Shown piece by piece: positions 10,904 through 18,642 of a stretch of DNA of 64,000 nucleotides. Source of the DNA: a virus. Lineage: Duplodnaviria; Caudoviricetes. Location: positions 9,183-73,182 of IMG/VR virus record IMGVR_UViG_3300037419_002279; one strand, 5' to 3'. The notes beneath the pieces are model-generated. The model ran no database searches and was not told where the DNA came from. It was given only the letters and a program-made list of their open reading frames with translations. Position 1 is the first letter of the stretch. The number at the start of each line of letters is the position of its first letter. The position numbers were made by a program, and so were the translations under genes.

Positions 10904-11017
10904 ATGAAAACCTGTCTCCTTCTGATCATACTCCTGGCAGGCTTCGGCGGCATTGGTGCGGCTACCTACATCTCTGCACAACCGGCGCATGCAGAGTGCA
11001 GCGGCCCGAACTGCTGA
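10904..11017 (+). CDS. Secreted-peptide precursor 2 (37 aa; predicted mature ECSGPNC)
   Basis: MKTCLLLIILLAGFGGIGAATYISAQPAHA-ECSGPNC. Confidence 0.85.
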   Translation: MKTCLLLIILLAGFGGIGAATYISAQPAHAECSGPNC

Positions 11018-11030
11018 TAGGCGTATTCAC

Positions 11031-11144
11031 ATGAAGATCCTGCTTTTGCTGGGCGTCCTAGTCGTTAGCTTCACCGGCGCCGGCGTGGCTGCTTACCTCG
11101 CCGCGCAGCCGGCGTATGCAGACTGCACCGGCCCGAACTGCTGA
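11031..11144 (+). CDS. Secreted-peptide precursor 3 (37 aa; predicted mature DCTGPNC)
   Basis: MKILLLLGVLVVSFTGAGVAAYLAAQPAYA-DCTGPNC. Confidence 0.85.
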   Translation: MKILLLLGVLVVSFTGAGVAAYLAAQPAYADCTGPNC

Positions 11145-11154
11145 TAGACCTGCC

Positions 11155-11271
11155 ATGAAAACCTGTCTCCTTGTGCTCATGCTCCTGGCAGGCTTCGGCG
11201 GTGGTCTGGCTGTCTATCTTGCCGTCCAACCGGCGCACGCAGAGGGCGGCTGCAGTGGCTCGAACTGCTGA
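11155..11271 (+). CDS. Secreted-peptide precursor 4 (38 aa; predicted mature EGGCSGSNC)
   Basis: MKTCLLVLMLLAGFGGGLAVYLAVQPAHA-EGGCSGSNC. Confidence 0.85.
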   Translation: MKTCLLVLMLLAGFGGGLAVYLAVQPAHAEGGCSGSNC

Positions 11272-11283
11272 TAGGCCCATGCC

Positions 11284-11400
11284 ATGAAAGCCTATCTCCT
11301 CGTGATCCTGCTCCTGGGCGCCCTCGGCGGCATCGGTGTGGCTGCCTACATCGCCGCGCAGCCGGCGCAGGCGCAGGGATGCACTGGTCCGAACTGCTGA
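11284..11400 (+). CDS. Secreted-peptide precursor 5 (38 aa; predicted mature QGCTGPNC)
   Basis: MKAYLLVILLLGALGGIGVAAYIAAQPAQA-QGCTGPNC. Confidence 0.85.
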   Translation: MKAYLLVILLLGALGGIGVAAYIAAQPAQAQGCTGPNC

Positions 11401-11447
11401 ACGTCTCTGAAACGTTTGGGTCCGCCGGTAAAGCTGAACAAGGCTCG

Positions 11448-11630
11448 GTGCTCCCGAAGACTGATGACCGTCTATGGCAGATCCAGGCACCGCACTTCAC
11501 GGCGGGAGCCGAGTTCATCAACGGTGTCTGCTCGCGTGCCGCGCCGATCATCCGCTGGATGGTCGGCAAGACCGATGTGGATCTGCAAGCGCACTGTCGG
11601 CGCAAGGGCTGGACGATAACGGCCTGCTAA
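11448..11630 (+). CDS. Small conserved-looking phage protein (start uncertain)
   Basis: LWQIQAPHFTAG...AAPIIRWMVGK...CRRKGW. Confidence 0.6.
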   Translation: MLPKTDDRLWQIQAPHFTAGAEFINGVCSRAAPIIRWMVGKTDVDLQAHCRRKGWTITAC

Positions 11631-11773
11631 TTCCGTCCGAAAGCGCCGCTTGTCGGACGCACGCCTGACAAACCGCATTAGCAGGCGTGCGACTTGGCAT
11701 TGCGGCGCCCGGTTCTCGATTCAGCATGCCGAGCGCATATCATCGGTCAGAACCGGAAGGCGCAGCTACCATC

Positions 11774-12103
11774 ATGGATTTCCGCCTGTCGTTCGAAGGC
11801 CTCGGTGAGGTGTCAGTCAGTGAACGCCGCAAGCCGGCCGATCCTGACGCCCATTCCTACGAATCCGACGATCTGGTTGATCGAATTGACGACGTCAAAC
11901 TGGATGTCTACTCGCTCGAAAAGACGCCACGCAAAGGCGCCTGCGTGCTGCTGGATATGAATGCCTACCACATCGAAAACGACGACACCGGGCGGGCATT
12001 CCATACCAGCGTCGGACTTCACCTGACGCGCGCCGAGATCACCACGCTGCGCGACTTCCTCGACTTCATTATCGAACACGCCGATGACGCTGACCCCGAA
12101 TAG
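11774..12103 (+). CDS. Acidic hypothetical protein
   Basis: MDFRLSFEGLG..., 109 aa. Confidence 0.6.
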   Translation: MDFRLSFEGLGEVSVSERRKPADPDAHSYESDDLVDRIDDVKLDVYSLEKTPRKGACVLLDMNAYHIENDDTGRAFHTSVGLHLTRAEITTLRDFLDFIIEHADDADPE

Positions 12104-12180
12104 CGCTTTCACATGTCCGACGCCGCCTGAAATCCCCCGACCGACGAATCTAAGTCGCCCCGTTCGGTTCGGACCGCACG

Positions 12181-12214
12181 AAAAAACCGGCCGGGAATTA
12201 CGGGTCCCGACCGG
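12181..12214 (-). terminator. Rho-independent terminator
   Basis: CCGGTCGGGA/TCCCGGCCGG stem followed by T6 on the minus strand. Confidence 0.55.
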
Positions 12215-12385
12215 CGCCTTGCTTTCGCTCGCAGCCTTCGCTTTTTCGGCCCGGAACTAGGTTTCGGGATGCCGCTCTTATGGCGGCGCGGCGTTATCGG
12301 CCGCGGGGGTGAGATGGTCAAGGCGTGCACTACCCTGCTAGCGTATCCACGGGGATCACCACGACGTCAGACCAGCGAGAAGCCG

Positions 12386-12598
12386 ATGGGCGCGCGCCTC
12401 TGCAAAGACTGCCGGCACGCCGAGCAGGATCAGCACGATCGATGGATTTGTCACCACCCAAGCTCGCGCTATCAGCCGCGCCCGGACCTCGTAACCGGAC
12501 AGCCGCGCGACTCTTATCAGCTTGATTGCCAGATGGCGCGCGACGGCACGCTCCCGCACGAGTGCGGCCCGGCGGGGCGCTACTGGGAAGCCAGATAG
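12386..12598 (+). CDS. Cys-rich small protein (CxxC...C...C...C)
   Basis: MGARLCKDCRH...CGPAGRYWE. Confidence 0.6.
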   Translation: MGARLCKDCRHAEQDQHDRWICHHPSSRYQPRPDLVTGQPRDSYQLDCQMARDGTLPHECGPAGRYWEAR

Positions 12599-12930
12599 AT
12601 GTTCCCGACCACCTCGGCGAAAGCACAACAGGGGCCGCATAGGTCAATGTCAGGCACCGGCATAATCGGCCGTCGCAGCCATTCATACACCGCCCGGGTG
12701 GCTGCGAAGACTTCCCGCTGTTCGTAGCGCTGCGCCGGCGACAGCCTGCCGGCCTCGCGTCGCGCGTGGCGCATCATCTGGGCGACGCGTCCGGCCGTAA
12801 TGCCCAGCCTGTCTGCGATCGCACGGTAGGACATCCCGGCGGCATGGGCGCGCAGGATGCGCTGGCGTCTTTCCCATGCTTGCTGCTCGGCGAGGATGCC
12901 AGGCGGCAAATGCGCGTCATTCATGGGCAT
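12580..12930 (-). CDS. HTH DNA-binding protein (sigma-70 region 4-like)
   Basis: GMSYRAIADRLGITAGRVAQM. Confidence 0.7.
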   Translation of the reverse strand: MPMNDAHLPPGILAEQQAWERRQRILRAHAAGMSYRAIADRLGITAGRVAQMMRHARREAGRLSPAQRYEQREVFAATRAVYEWLRRPIMPVPDIDLCGPCCAFAEVVGNIYLASQ

Positions 12931-13123
12931 TCACCATCGGCACCGGATCGCAGCGCACGATCGGCGCTAACGCATGCGGATCCGACGCGGCGTTGTTCGC
13001 GACCATCCGTGCGGCCAGCGTTTCGCAGTCAGCCTGCGTCAGCAGCACCGCGCGCGCCAGTTCTGTCTGCGGTCCGATCAGCACCAGCGTCATCAGGTAG
13101 ACGATCGCCGGCGCATCGCACAT
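12917..13123 (-). CDS. Hypothetical protein
   Basis: Overlapping stop/start in leftward operon. Confidence 0.5.
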   Translation of the reverse strand: MCDAPAIVYLMTLVLIGPQTELARAVLLTQADCETLAARMVANNAASDPHALAPIVRCDPVPMVNAHE

Positions 13124-13407
13124 CAGTCGGCCGGCCGGGACGGCGACAGATCGAAGATGCGCAGCTCGCAGCGCACCGGCTTGCCGGCCTTGCCGGCATC
13201 GGCCGCGATCTTCCGCGCTAGCGATTCGAGCATCTGCGCAGTGCTTCGCTTCGACGAAATCAGCGGCATATGCCGTCGCCCTTCCCCGGGGAACGGCAGG
13301 TCCGCCGAGAGGATACCTTCGCCGCCGTCGTCGTGAATGGCGACCCAGGCGTAGAGGCGGGTGATCCGCTGATGCGGCGGCGGCGGGTCGTCGGCGCTAT
13401 AGTTCAT
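13123..13407 (-). CDS. Hypothetical protein
   Basis: Coupled ORF, RLYAWVAIHDDGGEG. Confidence 0.6.
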   Translation of the reverse strand: MNYSADDPPPPHQRITRLYAWVAIHDDGGEGILSADLPFPGEGRRHMPLISSKRSTAQMLESLARKIAADAGKAGKPVRCELRIFDLSPSRPAD

Positions 13408-13639
13408 TGTCGGCGTCCCGTACCCGGTATGTCGTGATCAGCGGACCGGGCATCGCCAGCAGTTCCGCGGCAAGCTGGCTCTGATCCCCTGTCGCGCACA
13501 GGGCGGCGATGTAGGCGATGATCTCGGTGCCCTGATCGGTCTGTCCGACCCACGCGCGGACCGGGATGCCTTCGTCGGTCAGGAAGATATCCGCGGTCGG
13601 TTCAAGCGTAATGAGCATCGTCGCCCCCATGGACCGCAT
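13397..13639 (-). CDS. Hypothetical protein
   Basis: Coupled ORF. Confidence 0.55.
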   Translation of the reverse strand: MRSMGATMLITLEPTADIFLTDEGIPVRAWVGQTDQGTEIIAYIAALCATGDQSQLAAELLAMPGPLITTYRVRDADNEL

Positions 13640-13889
13640 CGGTGACCAGCCGTGCCCAGTTGGCCCGGTCGATCGCGTAGGCGCCGTCGATGCGCGTCAG
13701 GTAGCCGAGGATCTGCATCCGTTGCGCATCGGCCAGGCGGTCGGGCGGGGGCCGGTAGCGGCCGCCCTTGATCGTCGCGCGCGCCCAGAGGCATTCGCGT
13801 AGGACGTCGTGTTCACCCCGGGTCAGTCCGATATCGCGGGCGATGATGCGCAGGGCACGGATGAAATCAGGCGGATCGACGATTGACAC
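13602..13889 (-). CDS. Hypothetical protein
   Basis: GTG start next to the upstream stop. Confidence 0.5.
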   Translation of the reverse strand: MSIVDPPDFIRALRIIARDIGLTRGEHDVLRECLWARATIKGGRYRPPPDRLADAQRMQILGYLTRIDGAYAIDRANWARLVTDAVHGGDDAHYA

Positions 13890-13890
13890 C

Positions 13891-14391
13891 TTAGTTATCC
13901 ACAGAATAGTGGATATTACTATCACCGAACAACCGAACCTGGGCGTCGTGGGCGTCGGCCAGCAGCCGTTGCCAGCCGGCATCTTCGAGGATAAAGGCGA
14001 ATCCGAGGCTGCGGACATCCTTCACGCGTGTCGCATCGGCCAGCGTCAGGTAACCACGATCGACCAGGTCGTCGGCGCGCGGCAGGTCGCGTCCGCTGAC
14101 GACGAAGCAGCCGCCCGGGGCGTGTTCGCGGGCAAACAGGCCGTTGCGCAGGACCGCATGCGCGCGCGGCAGAAGGCCCAGCAGGACGGCCGCCAGTTCA
14201 AGCTGTTCGTGGCGGGATACCAGCGGCGACGCATCGTCGAGCAGGTCGAAATAGCGCTGATAGGGGCGCGGCGGCGTCGGGCTGGCCGTGGGCATATCCC
14301 GACTGAGGCGAAGGTTACGCAAATACATCGCGTCGCCAGCGTATAGGGTCGGACCGTCGGTCTGACAACGCTTGTCAGACTCGGGCATCAA
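13891..14391 (-). CDS. Hypothetical protein
   Basis: 166 aa ORF in operon. Confidence 0.5.
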   Translation of the reverse strand: MMPESDKRCQTDGPTLYAGDAMYLRNLRLSRDMPTASPTPPRPYQRYFDLLDDASPLVSRHEQLELAAVLLGLLPRAHAVLRNGLFAREHAPGGCFVVSGRDLPRADDLVDRGYLTLADATRVKDVRSLGFAFILEDAGWQRLLADAHDAQVRLFGDSNIHYSVDN

Positions 14392-14647
14392 GGCGCGCGC
14401 CCACCGTGGCGATCGTGGTCAGACAATCGACCATGATCAGCACGACCTGCCAGACCGTTCTTGCGTCGTCCTCGGCCAGCGGCTGCGCCGCGGTCATGGC
14501 ATCGAGGGCGGCCTGACGCATCCGCGCGAAGCTCTGCACCGTCGCCCGGGTTCTGTCAGGTCCCGGCGGGCTACTGTGCCAATCGGCCAGGTGATCCAGT
14601 TCGCGCATCATGGCGACCGGGACCGATTCGGCGACGACCTCACCCAT
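14375..14647 (-). CDS. Hypothetical protein
   Basis: AAAGGAG RBS, first gene of leftward operon. Confidence 0.65.
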   Translation of the reverse strand: MGEVVAESVPVAMMRELDHLADWHSSPPGPDRTRATVQSFARMRQAALDAMTAAQPLAEDDARTVWQVVLIMVDCLTTIATVGARLDARV

Positions 14648-14665
14648 TCTCGCACTCCTTTGACC

Positions 14666-14698
14666 GGCCGTCGGGGACCAGCCCGGCGGCCTTTTTTT
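14666..14698 (+). terminator. Rho-independent terminator
   Basis: GGCCGTCGGG/CCCGGCGGCC stem followed by T7. Confidence 0.65.
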
Positions 14699-14821
14699 AT
14701 GCGCTCACCCGAAAATGTCTGACTTTCGCCGCGCGCCGCGGAACCGGTGCGAGACGGGCAATCTTTGCCATTGTCGCAAGTAACTTGCCAAGCCCAGATC
14801 GCACGCGATAGCGTGAAGTCA

Positions 14822-15210
14822 GACAAAAAGTCGGCCCGATGATCACGCCGCAGCAGCAGATCGAATGCGTCCGTCGTGAGCTTCTTTACCGCCAGCGCGT
14901 CTATGCGCGGCTGGTCGCCCGCGGGCTGATGACGGCGGACGTCGCTGCCTACGAAATGGACGTGATGAACGCCGTCCTGCGAACGCTGTGCGACGTCAAT
15001 GACCTACCCTGCGACCCGGTGCCCTGGGTCCCGCCCCGGCGTCGGACGCCGGTCCGACAAGCGACGCTAGCAGTTTGACATTTTGTCCTCCGGGAAGCGG
15101 CAGCCTACCTCCCATCCCCCCAACCGCACCCGGCCGGCGTCCCGGAGTCGGACAAAATGTCCTTTTTCCCCAAGGTTAGACACCCGATCATGACGGTTCG
15201 ACAAAATGTT
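14822..15210. promoter_or_regulatory. Cluster of GACA-WWW-TGTC palindromic sites
   Basis: Perfect at 15077 and 15151; one mismatch at 14822 and 15200; TTGACA at 15210. Confidence 0.5.
14839..15078 (+). CDS. Hypothetical protein
   Basis: MITPQQQIECVRRELLYRQRVY. Confidence 0.65.
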   Translation: MITPQQQIECVRRELLYRQRVYARLVARGLMTADVAAYEMDVMNAVLRTLCDVNDLPCDPVPWVPPRRRTPVRQATLAV

Positions 15211-15229
15211 TGACATTTCAATGCAGTGA

Positions 15230-15700
15230 GTGATGATGTCGCACGCAACGACTATTTACGGGCACGAACAGCTTGTCGGCATCGTCAGACGATCGCGCAG
15301 CCAGCCGAAGCCCATCATCCTGGCTCTGTCGCCGGGCGAACGGCTGTTCCTGTTGCATCGACTGAAGGACCGGACTGCGACCGCCGATGCGATCGTGCAC
15401 CATCCACCGCAGGGCGCGCACCTATCGCCCTGGACGCGTGATCAGGTGCTGGCGCGGCTTTCGACGATGATCGAGACCCTACGGGGCGGCAGGGACTTGA
15501 TCGTCATCAATCTGCTCGATAAGCGACTTGTCATTGAGGCGATCGAGGGCAATTCGTATTTCTCCAACATGCATAGCACGGATCCGCGCTTGACCGCCGA
15601 CGCCGTCCGCGCCGCGGATGCCTTACGCCGGCGAATCGCTTCGGCCATCGGCTGTCGCATTAAGAAGATCAAGCTGGGGGCTGGGCGCGTAAGGCTGTGA
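15230..15700 (+). CDS. Hypothetical protein
   Basis: 156 aa ORF. Confidence 0.55.
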   Translation: MMMSHATTIYGHEQLVGIVRRSRSQPKPIILALSPGERLFLLHRLKDRTATADAIVHHPPQGAHLSPWTRDQVLARLSTMIETLRGGRDLIVINLLDKRLVIEAIEGNSYFSNMHSTDPRLTADAVRAADALRRRIASAIGCRIKKIKLGAGRVRL

Positions 15701-15712
15701 AGGGGAATTGCG

Positions 15713-16144
15713 ATGGTAGGGGACACGAAGAAACGACAGTACGAAGACGGGCCGCATACTATTAAATTCCTACGGGCGGCCGATAAGGCGGCCATGTGGG
15801 ACGCGGCACAGCGGGCGGACAAAACGGTGCAGGACTGGATTACCGAAGCGATCCGCGAAAAGATCCAGCGCGAACACACCACGTTCGAAGGCGAGGTGAT
15901 GCCGCCTGCGTCCGAGACGATGCCGCCGACGGGGATGTATGTAATCGACGGCCCGCGTCGGCGGCCGACGCTCGATGAATATGCCGCCGCGCTGTCGCTT
16001 GCCGAGAAGATGGCACAATACCGGACCGGTAGTGCCAAAGGTCGCGTGAAGGGCCGCTACATCCGCGCCCTGGATCAGATCCTCGACCAAGCCCTGCCGG
16101 ACCCGAAACCGCGGGCCAAGAAAAGGTCAGACACTCAGGTCTGA
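15713..16144 (+). CDS. Possible ribbon-helix-helix-like regulator
   Basis: HTIKFL strand followed by two helices (AAMWDAAQRADKTVQDWITEAIREK). Confidence 0.45.
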   Translation: MVGDTKKRQYEDGPHTIKFLRAADKAAMWDAAQRADKTVQDWITEAIREKIQREHTTFEGEVMPPASETMPPTGMYVIDGPRRRPTLDEYAAALSLAEKMAQYRTGSAKGRVKGRYIRALDQILDQALPDPKPRAKKRSDTQV

Positions 16145-16284
16145 CTTCATGTTAGACATTGGCGCCCCGTCCCGGGATCGCGCCGATGTCCGACCGAATC
16201 ATCGCCCTGCTGCAATCTGAAATCACGCCGGTCCTACAGCGGCTCAGTGTCCTGGAAACGGCAGTTCGGATTCAGGAGAGGCAC

Positions 16285-16691
<407 letters not shown>

Positions 16692-16710
<19 letters not shown>

Positions 16711-16988
16711 TCCCGCTTGCGCAGGCTGTGTTCGGCGACCCGCGCCAGCACAGCCGCTCGGGCGTCCGCTGGATCGATCTTCTGGGTCGGGAACAGCGGG
16801 CGCCCGACGAAGCCGCACCAGAGTTCGTACCAATCGAGACCGCCCGCGGCGTTCAGTTCTTCCAGCGTCTGCCCGAACACAGCTTCGAACTGCGCGCGGT
16901 ATTCGGCAACCGCGGAAAACGCGATGACCCGGTAGGGCAGGCCGTCTCGCACCCGGAACCAGGCGGCTGAATCGTCAGTGATAGACAC
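16692..16988 (-). CDS. Hypothetical protein
   Basis: [18 protein letters not shown] motif-like ORF. Confidence 0.6.
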
Positions 16989-17238
16989 GCGTGCTGACCA
17001 TCGCCGCGGCGCGGTCGGTCGCCCCGCAGGCGATTGCCTGGATGATCTCGGCGACAGACTTCGCCCGATCCGGCCCGCCGGTGCCGTCGACGACCATAGC
17101 CGCGACGATGATCGCCAGCGCGGTTTCGGCGGCGAATGCGGCTTCGTCCCAGGACATCCCGTCGCTGCGATGATGCATCAGGTCGATCGCCAGACCGACG
17201 CCGATCGCATAAGCCAAGGGGTCGGTGCTGACCTTCAT
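16975..17238 (-). CDS. Hypothetical protein
   Basis: MKVSTDPLAYAIG... Confidence 0.5.
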   Translation of the reverse strand: MKVSTDPLAYAIGVGLAIDLMHHRSDGMSWDEAAFAAETALAIIVAAMVVDGTGGPDRAKSVAEIIQAIACGATDRAAAMVSTRVYH

Positions 17239-17453
17239 GGCGTCGCGCAGGCCCGCACCGCCATCACCCGCAGCGTGCAGGTAAAGCGGGCCGCGGCGTC
17301 CGACCAAACGAGCGCCGGGCACGGGGCGCTTGCGTGCGGATAGGCAATGCGCGCAGCGGCGCAGGTGCCGACCGCACAGCAGAGGCCGCAACCGTTGCAG
17401 GGGCTGCCTTCCTCGGGTTTTGTGGGCGGCAGCCAGGGCGGACGGTCGGACAT
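17235..17453 (-). CDS. Cys-rich small protein (CxxCxxCC)
   Basis: PCNGCGLCCAVGTC...CPAL...FTC. Confidence 0.6.
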   Translation of the reverse strand: MSDRPPWLPPTKPEEGSPCNGCGLCCAVGTCAAARIAYPHASAPCPALVWSDAAARFTCTLRVMAVRACATP

Positions 17454-17526
17454 AGAGTCATACCTACGGCGGCTGATGTATGACTTGTCGCATAGGGCGA
17501 TTCCCTTTTTCCACAGCGAAATGGGG

Positions 17527-17721
17527 TCAGCCGGTCAGCTTCGTCTTCCAGCGCGCCTGGCACTCGTTGCAGGCCCATTCGCCGGCTTCCTCCGGGATCG
17601 GCCAGCGGTTGTCGGTGTAGGACTGGCCGCAGAAATCACAGTTCTCTGGCAACCCGCCGCGCAGCGCCACCAGCAGGTCGAAGGCGGCGCGGTTGAAGTC
17701 GTCACTCACGACCCATCCCAA
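17527..17721 (-). CDS. Zn-finger small protein
   Basis: CDFCG...CNEC. Confidence 0.55.
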   Translation of the reverse strand: MGWVVSDDFNRAAFDLLVALRGGLPENCDFCGQSYTDNRWPIPEEAGEWACNECQARWKTKLTG

Positions 17722-18017
17722 GATATCAGGCGCGACAGGTCGATCATCCCGGCCTCTTCGAGGGCGTGCACGGCAAGGGCGATCTGCATTGTGCGTTCGC
17801 TCATCACGTTGACGATGCGCACGCGGCCGCCGCGCAGCCGATCGACGATGCGCCGGCGCAGATCGTCGTGTTCAGCCTCGTTTTCTGGCCAGACGCGGTC
17901 GGGGTCCAGGGCCGGATCGCCATCGGTGTCGATCTCGATCAGGACCGCGATGACCTTGCCGCCGGCGGGAGGGCGCGGTCGGTCCACATGTTCCGTGTCG
18001 TCCTGGGTCTTATTCAT
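17706..18017 (-). CDS. Hypothetical protein
   Basis: GGAG RBS, MNKTQDD... Confidence 0.55.
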   Translation of the reverse strand: MNKTQDDTEHVDRPRPPAGGKVIAVLIEIDTDGDPALDPDRVWPENEAEHDDLRRRIVDRLRGGRVRIVNVMSERTMQIALAVHALEEAGMIDLSRLISWDGS

Positions 18018-18321
18018 GGGCTCCTCCGGTAATGGTGACCTCGGCGATACCGTCGTGCTCAAAACCGAGCCGCCGGGCGGCGGCCCGGGTTACGTCTATG
18101 ACGCGACCGCGGACATAGGGTCCGCGGTCTGTGACAGTCAGACTGACACAGCGGCGATAGCGTATGGTGCAGACGCGGATCTGACTGCCAAGGCCGAAGG
18201 TGCGGGAGGCGGCGGTCATCGCGTCATTGCGAAACGGGCGGCCGTTCGCCATCGGCCGCCCTTCGAACCAGGATCCGTAGTATGACGCGATGCCGGTCTG
18301 CGTGACCTGATCCGCGGCCAC
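18010..18321 (-). CDS. rlpA: RlpA-like lytic transglycosylase (double-psi beta-barrel only)
   Basis: GIASYYG...ANG...MTAASRT...VTDRGPY..GRVIDVTRAAARRLG. Confidence 0.85.
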   Translation of the reverse strand: MAADQVTQTGIASYYGSWFEGRPMANGRPFRNDAMTAASRTFGLGSQIRVCTIRYRRCVSLTVTDRGPYVRGRVIDVTRAAARRLGFEHDGIAEVTITGGAHE

Positions 18322-18324
18322 GGT

Positions 18325-18642
18325 CTAGGCCGCGTTTGCCTGGGCGAATGCCTTGCTCACCCGCGCATGCACCGCCCGCCCGGCATCCGTCGGCGCGACC
18401 AGGATCATCCGCGCATCGCCGGAAAATTCCGACAACTTCAGCAGTCCCCGGGCCTGCAAGGCCCGGGTTAGCCGAGACACGCGCGATCTGGACAGGGCGA
18501 GGCCTTGGGCGATTTCGGCCTGCGAGACGGGTTCGGCCATCTCGCAGCAGAAGGCGATGACCTGCAAATCGCGCGTCGTCAGCCCATCGCCGACGCCTTC
18601 GCGGTCGAGCAGCGAGCGAAAGACGGACAACAGGTCCGACAT
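18325..18642 (-). CDS. MarR-like winged-helix regulator
   Basis: SQAEIAQGLALSRSRVSRLTRALQARGLL...DAR. Confidence 0.8.
   Translation of the reverse strand: MSDLLSVFRSLLDREGVGDGLTTRDLQVIAFCCEMAEPVSQAEIAQGLALSRSRVSRLTRALQARGLLKLSEFSGDARMILVAPTDAGRAVHARVSKAFAQANAA

Noticed and set aside
10781-11400. Repeats GAACTGCTGATAG at about 125 bp spacing read as a CRISPR or ncRNA array
   Set aside because: The spacers are homologous, in-frame coding sequence; no cas genes were seen and the unit is too long
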